A DNA stretch of 63,956 nucleotides, the filler included, from Octopus bimaculoides (taxonomy: Eukaryota), in assembly GCF_001194135.2 (NCBI RefSeq). It is 5 parts of 5 records of this genome, joined end to end, with 100 filler letters (N's around TTAATTAATTAA, not from the genome) between each part and the next. Parts side by side here need not be neighbours in the genome. Positions count along the whole stretch, not along the records: positions 1 to 26,539 come from NC_068989.1; positions 26,640 to 46,769 come from NC_068986.1; 3 more parts are not named here. One strand, 5' to 3'. Below the pieces are notes generated by a model that made no database searches, was not told the DNA's origin, and worked only from the letters and a program-made list of their open reading frames with translations. This document shows, one piece after another, positions 25,721 to 36,826 of this stretch. The stretch's first letter is position 1. Each line of letters begins with the position of its first letter. The position numbers were made by a program, and so were the translations under genes.

Positions 25721-26135
25721 AAGGCAGCAAGCTGGCTGAATCGTTAGCATGCCAGGCAAAATGCTTAAGTGTATTTCATCTGTCTTCACTTTCCTAGTTC
25801 AAATTCCACTGAGGCCAACTTTGCCTTTCGTTATTTTTGGGGTTGATAAAATAGATACCAGTTAAACTCTGGGGTCGATATAATCGACTCATACCTTCCT
25901 CAAAACTGTTGGCCTTGTGCCAGAATTTGAAACCACTATGATTATTATTATTATTTTTATTATTACAAGGGTAGTGACCTGGCAGAATCGTTAGTATGAT
26001 GGACAAAATGCTTAGCAGCATTTCTTCCACCTTGACTTTCTTAGTTCAAATACTGCCTTTCATCCTTTCAAGGTGATAAAATATGTACCAGTTGAGCACT
26101 GGTGTTGATATATTGCTGGCCTTGTATCAATAATA
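25721..26135 (+). mobile_element. Two adjacent SINE family C copies separated by (ATT)n
   Basis: aaggcagcaagctggctgaatcgttagc (25721) and aagggtagtgacctggcagaatcgttag (25968) heads, each followed by the gttcaaat..gcctttc core. Confidence 0.7.
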
Positions 26136-26539
26136 GAAAATTATTATTATTATTATTATTGAGTGAGAGAGCAGTGCATGCCATCAAAGTGACACTGGGG
26201 TAAAATATACGAAGCCCTGTATACCCATCATGACTACCCGTCTGATAAGGGTACACCAGGCACATGCATCACAACCATATGTACACGACATGGTGATCTC
26301 ATATCAAGATAAACAGCGCATGACCTCGCAGGTGGGGCCCAGTTAGAATTTTCTTCAGATCGAGTAGCCTATCCCACTCAAAAGGTCCCTGAATAAGGGT
26401 TGTTTAAGGATGTTGAGCAAAACACCCATGTTTCCAAAGGTGAATTATTCAAACCCCAAAGAATTCCTCTCAACACATGGCTATGGTGCTTCCCCACTAC
26501 TTCTGCTCATGATCAGAGATGCACATATCGTCAGCCACT

Positions 26540-26639
26540 NNNNNNNNNNNNNNNNNNNNNNNNNNNNNNNNNNNNNNNNNNNNTTAATTAATTAANNNNN
26601 NNNNNNNNNNNNNNNNNNNNNNNNNNNNNNNNNNNNNNN
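26540..26639. other. Artificial scaffold spacer (44N-TTAATTAATTAA-44N)
   Basis: Exactly 100 bp with the six-frame-stop 12-mer at 26584-26595; same design at three other sites. Confidence 0.95.
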
Positions 26640-27010
26640 AAGCGTACCATCATCCATGCGAACACATTTCTCTCCTACGACATCACTATTTTCTCTCCTA
26701 CACTGTCTTGCAACACGAAATACCTCGAGTCTTTGGTCCTCACTGCGCAGAACATTGGCAAATCTTTTCTTATCTGCTTCCCCTCTGGCTAAATAAACCT
26801 GTCGCCTAGCCTCCCTTCTGGCACATTGGTACAATTCCCTGCTACCACCGTTCTTCCAGTCCTTCCAAGCCTGTTTCTTTTGTCTAATAGCCCTGTCTAC
26901 CTCCTTGTTCCATCACCACGTTACTCTGGGTCGAGAGGGGACCTTACACCACCCACAGATCTGGTTGGTGGCTTTCAACAGGTTGTCCAGCAGAAATCTC
27001 CAATTGCTTT
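26640..27010 (-). mobile_element. RTE LINE ORF2 fragment (linker between endonuclease and RT)
   Basis: YQCARREARRQVYLARGEADKKRFANVLRSEDQRLEVFRVARQCRRENSDVVGEKCVRMDDGTL, typical of the RTE pre-RT region. Confidence 0.7.
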
Positions 27011-27129
27011 CCACGTTATATGATGCTATATCCCCTTTTGATTAAGCAGACTTTTCTCATCAGAGCTCAAAAGTTAAAGAACATTATTTAAGCCTTTTAA
27101 AACATATGTAAGCAAATAAAGTTACATAC

Positions 27130-29095
27130 AGATATAACTCTTCACTCTTTGCTTGATTACATTTTCGGTCATTGAGGAGTTTTATCAACAGTTCCTGGGA
27201 GTGGCAATGGGAATGAGAATAGGCCCCAACTATGCGAACCTGTTCGTTGGCTACATTGAGGCCCAAACATTTTCAAGATTCACTGGCCTCACTCCCTGAC
27301 TATACGGTCATTATATTGATGACTGTATCATGCAACCTCTCTCTCCCGTGAACAACTAGACTCTTTCCTCTTTTTTGTCTAATCTTTCCATCCTGCCCTC
27401 GAATTCTCCTGCACCATTTCCAACACTTCTGTCGCCTTTCTTGACATTTCGGTCAACATACACCACTCCACTCTCACTACTTCCATCCACTACAAACACA
27501 CCGACTCACACTCATACCTCAACTTCTTCTCCTCCCACCCTACCCACACCAAGCTCTCCATCCTCTACTCTCAATTCCTCCATCTGTGCAGGCTCTGCAG
27601 TGACAACCATGACTTTGAGACTCAGTCTCAACTTATGGCTCGCCACTTAATCCTACGTGGATATCCCCTCACCACTATTAACACCACCCTTGCCAGAGCA
27701 CATTCTGTGGACCATGCATCTGCTCTCTCCCCTCGCACCTGCCCCATCGTTACCTATCTCCCATTTCCCCTCACTCATGCATGGAAGATGGACATTAAAT
27801 GATGATGATGATATATATATATATATATCCTATTTCCCCCTCACCTACCACCCTCCACCCTGCTCATCCAATGCACCATTCTCCGAGCCTTCTGACGACT
27901 CCAGTCTGGCCCCTCCACTTCACATATCTTCCCCAACTTTCCCCTCCCCTCCTTCAAACAAGCCCACAAACTACGTGACCTCCTGGTCCACAGTTTCTTC
28001 TCTAACCCCACCTCCCAACCTGGCTCATTCCCCTGCTCCTGCCCACGCTGCCACACTTGCCCCTCCAACACCATCATCCTCACAGGCACCCATCATCATC
28101 CCTATCATATTACTGACTCCTTTACATGCACTTCTAGCAACATCATTTACTGCATCATCTTCTCTTTCTGTCCTCTGTACATCGGTCAAACGGGATGCTG
28201 CTTGGTTGACCGGTTCGCTGAGCACCTTTGAGACATTAAACTCGGCAATGACAACCTGGTCTTGTGCCATTTCTGCTCTACCAGTCATTTATTACAACAT
28301 CTATCTGTGTTTGGATTGTCTTTGCACAGGGGCCGTCCACACTCCTGCCTTTGCTGTGAACAGGAATTAATCTTCTCTCTTTGCTCCTTTGTGCTACATG
28401 GGCTCAACTCCCCTCTTCTCTCCTTTCTTCATCTGATACCTACTTCCTCTCTTCACTCATACCTACCTCTCCTCTATTGCCCTGACACCTGCTTCCTCTC
28501 TTCATTCCTACCCACCTTCTCCCTTCGTTGTTACCCCTCCCATCCACACCCCACCCCTAAACATCTCAACCTCACCACCCCACATACTCACTCCCAATCC
28601 ATACACCACCCTTGTATCCCCACACCCCAACACCACCACACCACACCATACACCACCATACCACACCACCCCGCATACACTAGCACTGACCACTTCTCAG
28701 CACCCACACAACACCACACACCAGCATACCACACCGCACCACATCACACCACCATGTACACATCCACACGTCAAAGTCACCAGCTCCTATCCACACGCAC
28801 ACACTTACACACTCTCACATATACACACCTTTGTTTTGGGATCACCAATACTTTATTATCTCCTCTTCTCCCTAGCTCTCCTGTCTAGCCACCTCTGTCC
28901 AGCCAGCCACCATGATTGACTGCTAGCTCCTAAAGCTTTTCTTTATTCTCTCTTATTTCCTTGTTTTCCTTTCTGCTGAAGAGTATAGGCTTGAAACGTA
29001 AAAGACTTTCTCACCTTCCCAAGCATTAAACTAATACACCTGTTTGTTGTTTATACACCTGTCTTTGTCTTTTGTTTTTCTGTAAATTCTAACTA
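27130..29095 (+). mobile_element. Penelope-like element: RT core, GIY-YIG and 3' pseudo-LTR; decayed
   Basis: YQQFLGVAMGMRIGPNYANLFVGYIE...YIDDC; FLDISV..YKHTDSHSYL..SSHP; FTCTSSNIIYCI....LYIGQTG....RFAEHL. The tail is repeated at 39935-40505. Confidence 0.85.
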
Positions 29096-29951
29096 TATAT
29101 ATGAAATGATGGATTCATCAAATATTTTTTTTTTTGTAGTTACAGTATAATATGTTTCGTAGCAAATTAAATTTTGTCTAAAAATATTTATTTTATTCCA
29201 TGTTCTTCAGTGTCTTTTCATGATCTAAGAGAATTATGAGAAGCTGCTGCTAATTTCTTGCCTAAGAGCACCCGTACAAGATGCTTTGATAGAAACAATA
29301 TATTGAAGCAGTTTTTGCCAGAGATGGAACTGTATCACCAAACCATTATCAGCGACTCACTACATCTGTTTGTAAACTATTAATGGTGTTGTTCTTTTTA
29401 ACTGCAAAACTGTTTGAATTGAGACATATGTATCAGTGAATTAGATATTACAATACCTCCAATTCAAGACTATACGGTGATTGGCAACACTTAAGTCCAA
29501 TCCTCTATGCTACTCCAGTTCATTAGGTTACATTCTATTGTAACATTTGCTTTTAGATATAATTAATATTCGTTCTTTGTCGATACATCGTGTCAATACC
29601 TGTGTTCTTTTTTTCTTCATCTAATGCAAGGATACAGATTCTTTACTTATTACTAAAAGCCGATTGTAACAATATAATCTCCTATTAATGTGTCTCGAAG
29701 TTGAAAAGAAGAAATACATGATATGTAATATTCATTAGTGTTTTGGTCATAAATATCAACTATTTGTTCATGTTTTTAGAAATTTCGTCACCAGTGATGA
29801 ATTTAAAGATTAATGCAGGTGAAATTCTGCCTGTCAGCAATGACCCTAGGGTTTTGTGCCCTGATGCATCGCTGAAATAGGGATCAGATTATGCTGTGGT
29901 ATTTTTGATGCATTAAGAGAAGGCCATTTGCCAGCTGTTATGTCAACATAA

Positions 29952-30080
29952 GGAAGGCATGTGGCTTAGTGGTTAGGGTATTTGAGTCACGATCGTAAAG
30001 TCACAAGTTTGATTCCCACTTTATTTCATGTTGCTCCAGTTCACTCAACTGGGAAAAATGAGTAGTACCTGTATTTAAAA
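29952..30080 (+). mobile_element. tRNA-derived SINE head fragment
   Basis: ggcatgtggcttagtggttaggg...gtttgattccc A/B boxes followed by ccagttcactcaactggg..aatgagtagtacctg. Confidence 0.6.
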
Positions 30081-30119
30081 GTGTCTTTATGCTTATGTAT
30101 GCAACCTCATTGGGTTGTA

Positions 30120-31945
30120 TATTCTCGATACCCTAAGAATAAGTTCTCCTCTGTCCTCTTTGATCTCTACAGAGATGACACCCTGGCCATCTCTAGAAGG
30201 GCAAATAGACATACCCTAGACAGGCTTAGGAAAGATCTTATTAGCATACTTGGCTTCATGGGATTGAAAATCACCTTCGTGACCAATCTCACCACTGTAG
30301 ACTTCTTAGATGTCATGCTTGATTTGGGCCCCAGTACATACAGGTCCTACTGCAAGCCAAATGAAAGTCTAACATGCATCAACACAACCTCCTGTCACCC
30401 ACCCATTGTGTTCAAAAACCTGGTGAAGGGTGTAAGCAAGAGGATCACAAACCTTTCCTTCAATCAAGAGATCTTTGATGCAGCAGCACCCAACAATAAT
30501 GAGGCTCTAGTTGCTAGCGGATTTAGGGACTGTATCTCCAACATGCTGAGCCCCAACATCCGTAGGAGGAAGCACCACAGAAATATCATTTGGTTTGCTC
30601 CCACTTCTCTTTTAACATAAAAACGTCTGTAGGTAAGATATTCCTTAAGCTAATATATAAACATTTCACATGTTCACATAGGTATGGAGGCAGTTTCATC
30701 AGGCACAACCTTAGGATCTCTTTAATATTAAGAGCATTCTAGTTAGCACCCTTAAGCCTTGAGCAGAGGCAGGATGCTCATGCAGGGACCACAATAGATG
30801 CTCAGTGAGGGACCACTGCGAAACCAAGGGAGTCATCTATGAAGCTGAGGTACTGGCCGAGCCTAATAGCAACAGCACCATTAGCAGCTCCACCAACGGC
30901 TACTACGGTAACAGGGATAGCAGTACCATTAATAGCAGCAGCAGCAGAGATACAAACAGAGCCAGTGATAACAACAATAACAACACAAACGTCAGCAATG
31001 GCAGTATCCCTAATGCCTGCAACAACATCAGCAGGTGCCACAACAGCTACTACAGTAACAGGTCCGACAGTTCCAATAGTAGCAGCAGCACCACTGCCAG
31101 TGACAACAACAACAACGACAGCAATGGAAGTATCCCTAATGGAAATAGCAACAAGGTCAGCGCCAATGATATCTATAACAGCAGTGACAGAGCCTCCATC
31201 AACGACGATGATAGTAACAAAAACAGTAGCATTACCAATACCAATGGTAATGGCACTAACACTATTGCCACCGCCAACGATACCATCACCAACAGTGCTA
31301 GTACCAACAACAGCAGTAGCAGCAATACCAACGCCAACACCCAGCCACAGAGGTATATTGGCTGCTCCAGGAACATGTTCAAACAACGTCTCTCCAACTA
31401 CAGATCCTCCTTCAGGATACCAGAAAGGAGATGTGTTACGTCATCAGCCAGCTATGTATGGCAGCTGAAGGACGATGGGATTCCATACACAATATCATGG
31501 AGAACCCTAGAAAATCCAGGCTCCTGCATAAACAAAACCAAGTGTTGTAAACTATGCATTGTGGAACGGGCAAGGATTCCAAAGGACTCCCTCAACCCGG
31601 GGAACATCCTTAACTCCAGAACAGAGGTTTTTGGACTGTGCTTGCATTTCAGGAAATTCCTGCTGGCCTATTGGAACCCACAGGATAACAGGATCACTGA
31701 CAATTGATAGCCAAAGGAAGACAATCCCCTGTTGTTGACATCGAGTAGCGAGGTCATTTCCTCCTCCATATTCTAGAGAGGCCACTTGCTAGAGTGGTCT
31801 TAAGCCAACAGATTTTGGGATCAGATTATATGCCATGAAGCTAAGTGCTTTATGGATGTGAGGTAATCTCATAAACCAGCCGATTCTATCTTTTATATTA
31901 TATACTGCTCTATAAATGAGAGTGTGCTTCTTTTTCAGATTTATG
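30120..31945 (+). mobile_element. Penelope-like element (RT C-terminal half + GIY-YIG with long N/S insertion); decayed
   Basis: LYRDDTL...VDFLDVMLDL..TYRSYCKPN....SCHPP...RNIIWFAP, then CETKGVIYEAEV-[N/S tract]-QRYIGCSRNMFKQR...YVWQLKD...CKLCIVER...ILNSRTEVFGLCLH. Confidence 0.85.
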
Positions 31946-31959
31946 TTCTACCGACGTTA

Positions 31960-32852
31960 TGAGGTCTGATTAATAAGTATCCAGACTGTTGCCATAGTAA
32001 CAAAGCTAAAGCACACTGAGTGAAGCTGTTTGGCAAAGATTGACCTTCAGCTCTGCTGTGCATGTTCACTAAGTTTTAATGTTCTAGCTCACTTCTGCTA
32101 TTCACAACAGTGCCTGGAAGGAAGGTGTGTAGCATGTGATCATTGCATTGCCCATGATAGAGGAAGTTGTCATGATGATACCTGCTCAGAGATTGACGCA
32201 AAGTTGCAGAAAGTGTATGTAGAGGAGTGTTTGCGTCACACACAAGTGTACGAGTGGTTCAGATGTTTCCAAGATTGCCAAAAAAATGTTCTGATAGACC
32301 TGAATATTGACGAACGTTCTGGTAGACCCGAAACCAGCAGAACTGAGGAAAACGTTGCAGATGTGAGTGCAGCTGAGAGGGGAAATCGTCGAATCACCAT
32401 CTGTGAGTTATCAGAGGATGTGCAGATTAGTTACAGTTCAGTTCAGTCCATTATCACAGAATATCTGTATATGAGATACATATCTGCCAAGTTTGTGCCA
32501 AAACTGCTTTTGGCTGACCAAAAAGACAATTGGTTTCTGTTACACAAGATCTTGATTGTGTGAAGAACAATGAAAACTTTTTGAAAACTTTGCTTAGGCC
32601 TCTGAGCAGGTATTGCCAAGCTTTTGACAAAATTTGACGCAGATTCTCTGCTCAACTTTCTCTGTCATGGTCAATGTGACAATCACACACTACACACCTT
32701 CCTTCCAAGCACTGCTGTAAATAACGACAGTAAGCTAGAATGTTAAAACTTAGTGCACATGCACAGCAGAGTTGAAGGTCAATCAATGCCAAGCTGTGTG
32801 CTTTAGCTTCGTTATCATGGCAACAGTGCAAATACTTATTGATCAGACCACA
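31960..32852. mobile_element. Non-autonomous mariner derivative with ~250-270-bp terminal inverted arms
   Basis: Ends tgaggtctgattaataagtatcc / tacttattgatcagaccaca. The centre encodes VYVEECLRHTQVYEWF...DERSGRPETSRTEENV...NRRITICEL...AKFVPKLL (mariner N-terminus). The right arm reverse-complemented reads MTEKVEQRICVKFCQKLGNTCSE. Confidence 0.85.
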
Positions 32853-33123
32853 CACAAACACACATATATACATGTCCATATAGTTATACATACACACCCA
32901 CATATATTTTCACACCTGCACATACTTATGCATGTGTGCACTCATGCATACATGGTAAATTATGTCTCCACAGTCCACTCATTATAGTTTTATGTAATAT
33001 GTAGAGATAACTATACCTATAAAAAAATCAAATTAAATGTAGCAACCAGCAATATTAGAATATGATGTATACACACACACACAGAGAAATATATATGTGT
33101 ATATATATGTTCACACACACATA

Positions 33124-33177
<54 letters not shown>

Positions 33178-33484
33178 AACAGTACACATGCACACATTAG
33201 TGGCAATGACTGGGAGTATTAAGTACAATCAGTAGAGCATAATATGCTTCCATGATCAAAAGCATTAGCTGTGTCTAATTCAGGTTCTGAGTTAACAAAC
33301 TGCTGCAGATGGTTGTATGATGGTACAATAAGAAACCAATTATTATTTATATTACTATTAACATAGTCTGAAGATTTGTATTAATGCAAAAACCTCATTA
33401 GTCTCTCCTTATGGTTTTGAGCAACTGAACAAAAGATATCTGTCTATCAATATATATAATTTACTATGTTCGCATGAATGCATA

Positions 33485-34650
33485 CATCATCATCATCATC
33501 GTCGTTTAACGTCCGCTTTCCATGCTAGCATGGGTTGGACGATTTGACTGAGGACTGGTGAAACCAGATGGCTACACTAGGCTCCAATCTGATTTGGCAG
33601 AGTTTCTACAACTGGATGCCCTTTCTAACGCCAACCACTCCAAGAGTGTAGTAGGTGCTTTTACATGCCACCGGCACGAAGGCCAGTCAGGCGGTACTGG
33701 CAACGACCACACTCAAAATGGTGCATTTTACGTGCCACCTGCACAGGAGCCAGTTCGGCGGCACTGGCAACGATCTCGCTTGAATGTCTTTATACGTGCC
33801 ATCTGGCACAAGTGCCAGGAAGGCGATGCTGGGCACAGGTGCCATTGACGGTTTCNNNNNNNNNNNNNNNNNNNNNNNNNNNNNNNNNNNNNNNNNNNNN
33901 NNNNNNNNNNNNNNNNNNNNNNNNNNNNNNNNNNNNNNNNNNNNNNNNNNNNNNNNNNNNNNNNNNNNNNNNNNNNNNNNNNNNNNNNNNNNNNNNNNNN
34001 NNNNNNNNNNNNNNNNNNNNNNNNNNNNNNNNNNNNNNNNNNNNNNNNNNNNNNNNNNNNNNNNNNNNNNNNNNNNNNNNNNNNNNNNNNNNNNNNNNNN
34101 NNNNNNNNNNNNNNNNNNNNNNNNNNNNNNNNNNNNNNNNNNNNNNNNNNNNNNNNNNNNNNNNNNNNNATTTTGATTTCACTTGCCTCAACAGGTCTTC
34201 ACAAGCAGAGTTTAGTGTCCAATGAAGGAAGGTACGTATAAGTGGGCTGCCTGAGGCCTTCGATTTAGGTCTCACTTGGCTCGGGTCTTCTCACACACAG
34301 CATATTTCCAAAGGTCTCGGTCAGAAGTCATCGCCTTGGTGTGGCCCAATGTTTGAAGGTCGTGCCTCACCACAGCTATCCTCATCCATTCTCGCCACAT
34401 GACCAAACAAGCGCAATTGTCTTTCTTGCACACCACAACTGATGCTTCGTAAGTTCAACTTTTCTCTCAAGGTATTAACACTCTATCTAGTATGCACACT
34501 GACATTACACATCCATCGGAGTATACTGGCTTCATTCCTTGTGAGCCTACGCATGTTCTCAGCAGTCACGGCCCATGTTTCACTGCCATGAAGCATGGCT
34601 GTTCGTACACATGCGTCATACAGTCTGCCTTTTACTCTGAGAGAGAGACC
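33485..34650 (-). mobile_element. RTE LINE 3' portion
   Basis: (cat)n-cgtttaacgtcc tail; minus strand GLSLRVKGRLYDACVRTAMLHGSETWAV...RWMCNVSVH; internal gap. Confidence 0.85.
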
Positions 34651-34689
34651 NNNNNNNNNNNNNNNNNNNNNNNNNNNNNNNNNNNNNNN

Positions 34690-36818
34690 AGGTACCATTA
34701 TATTAAACATTTGCAAAGAGTAACCATGCCGCGCACAAAAAATTCAGCAGAACTGTCAGATTTTCAAAGAGGTCGTATTGTTGGGCAATCTGAGGCTGGT
34801 CTTAGCCAGCAAAAAAATTGCTGAAAATCTTCAAATTCCTCTTGCTACTGTTAATAGAATTATAGTGCAATTCAAAAACCAAGGAAAAGAATCAACAGAT
34901 TCTTGTCCCAGCCGACCTGGGCCCTCGGAAAGGAAACTTCACTGTTTGAAGAGAATTGTGGAAAATGAACCCCGTTTGAAGGCTTCTGACATTGCAAAAC
35001 AGCTAAAAGTTAGTCCAAGAACATGTGTTACATATCTGTAGAAGCTTGTGTATTATGGACAAGCAGCTAGAAGAAAATCTCTCCTTCAACCAATTAATAT
35101 CATGAAAAGAATGAAATGCACTAAGGAGATGTCAGAAAAATCCAGCTCATTTTGGGATAGAGTGATTTTCTCAGATGAATCCAGATTTGCATTATTTTCA
35201 GAGAGTGGATGTGTTTGGGTCTGGAGGCTTCCCAATCAAGAATTTGATTTGAAACAACTCCAACCAACTGTGAAACATAGCGGTATCTCTGTAATGGTAT
35301 GGGGAGTTGTCACCAGTAATGGTCGTTCTGAGCTGATTGAATGTGTCGGAACCATAAACTATGAAAAATACATCGGAATACTTAAACAAGGACTACTTCC
35401 GATGTATTCACATAACATAATGAAAAATGAGTTTTTATTCATGGAAGATGGGGCTCCATGCCACACAGTGAAAAGGAATCAACAATGGCTGACTGAAAAT
35501 GGGATCAAAAAGCTTCATTGCCTGAGCCAATCTCCTGACATGAACCCAATTGAAAATCTTTGGAGCATACTATCAAGTCATCCCATAAGTTCTGTCCAAT
35601 TTTACCTTTTTTAAAACTGAATGAAATTTGATAGTATTTTAGAATGTCTAATGGAATTAAAAATTATTTTTATGCATTTGTGTACATTTAAACTAATTAA
35701 ATATTATTTTAAAGAATAATAGAATTAAAGTTTCTTTGATTAAAACCCTTTCTAACATGGAAGTATCCAAAGAGCATTTAAGGCNNNNNNNNNNNNNNNN
35801 NNNNNNNNNNNNNNNNNNNNNNNNNNNNNNNNNNNNNNNNNNNNNNNNNNNNNNNNNNNNNNNNNNNNNNNNNNNNNNNNNNNNNNNNNNNNNNNNNNNN
35901 NNNNNNNNNNNNNNNNNNNNNNNNNNNNNNNNNNNNNNNNNNNNNNNNNNNNNNNNNNNNNNNNNNNNNNNNNNNNNNNNNNNNNNNNNNNNNNNNNNNN
36001 NNNNNNNNNNNNNNNNNNNNNNNNNNNNNNNNNNNNNNNNNNNNNNNNNNNNNNNNNNNNNNNNNNNNNNNNNNNNNNNNNNNNNNNNNNNNNNNNNNNN
36101 NNNNNNNNNNNNNNNNNNNNNNNNNNNNNNNNNNNNNNNNNNNNNNNNNNNNNNNNNNNNNNNNNNNNNNNNNNNNNNNNNNNNNNNNNNNNNNNNNNNN
36201 NATCATATCACAGAAGATCGAAGAGCTTGGTTGGGAAAAAATTCCTCATCCACCTTATTCTCCCGACCTTGCTCCTTCAGACTATCATTTGTTTCGTGGT
36301 TTACAGAATCATTTGGGGGACATAACTTTCACAAGCTAGGAGGAGGTCGAAACTGACATTTCAGAGTTCTTTGCTTTGAAACCAAAAGAGTTTTACATTG
36401 ATGGGATTAAAAAGCTTGTAAATAGATGGAAGGAAGTCATAGATAATCAGGGAAAGTACATTGATGATTAAATTTCAATTAAATATTACATCTGATCACT
36501 TGTTTTCTTTATTCAAAATTTGGACAGAACTTATGGGATGACCTGATAGATAGAGGTATATGAAAAACTAGACAGAAACATACATCTAAAGATGAATTAT
36601 TTCGATTGTTGCGTGAAAAGTGGGCAGAAATTCCACAAGAAACAATCACAAAGTTCAATGCCAAAAAGAGTTTTTGAATTAAAAACTGCAAAGGGAATGT
36701 CAACTAAATACTTAAGTATGTAGTCATACCTATCGATTACATTTTAATTGTTCACTTTGGATATCAAATTAAAAATTTTGACAATTAAAGGTGTCTATTT
36801 ACTTCCTGCATGTCTGTG
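34690..36818 (+). mobile_element. Tc1 (DD34E) transposon, transposase pseudogene interrupted by a mariner
   Basis: ATG at 34726, MPRTKNSAELSDFQRGRIVG; FSDESRF, MEDGAPCH, SPDMNPIENLW with 34 residues between D and E. The C-terminus DRGI*KTRQKHTSKDELF..W..IP..AKG..TKY resumes at 36548. Putative right end ...cctgcatgtctgtg|TA at 36818; left end in the gap. Confidence 0.9.
35573..36546 (+). mobile_element. Mariner element (centre in gap) inserted in the Tc1
   Basis: TIRs tcaagtcatcccataagttctgtcc / ggacagaacttatgggatgacctga with TA on both sides; MEVSKEHLR start and HPPYSPDLAPSDYHLF motif; same family as 56001. Confidence 0.9.
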
Positions 36819-36826
36819 TATATATA

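Noticed and set aside
26584-26595. TTAATTAATTAA as a biological palindrome, piggyBac site or CRISPR-like repeat (4 occurrences)
   Set aside because: Always centred in exactly 88 Ns; a synthetic six-frame-stop linker.
29200-29900. Unique-looking stretch with AG-flanked frames (SFHDLREL*EAAANFL..., NFVTSDEFKD*) as MRPL20 exon 4 or an OTU-like exon
   Set aside because: In-frame stops, no bL20 motif, and only a vague resemblance to any family.
30802-31468. Thr/Ala-rich (30839-31468 +) and Val/Ala-rich (30802-31386 -) mucin-like or membrane-like ORFs; likewise 42409-42907
   Set aside because: Alternative frames of the AAC/AGC tract; only the N/S frame connects to PLE motifs on both sides.
33270-33335. 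Candidate small exon ag|GTTCTGAG...GTATGATG|gt in the duplicated block (also ~41890)
   Set aside because: No recognisable product or partner exons; the splice-like sites may be chance.
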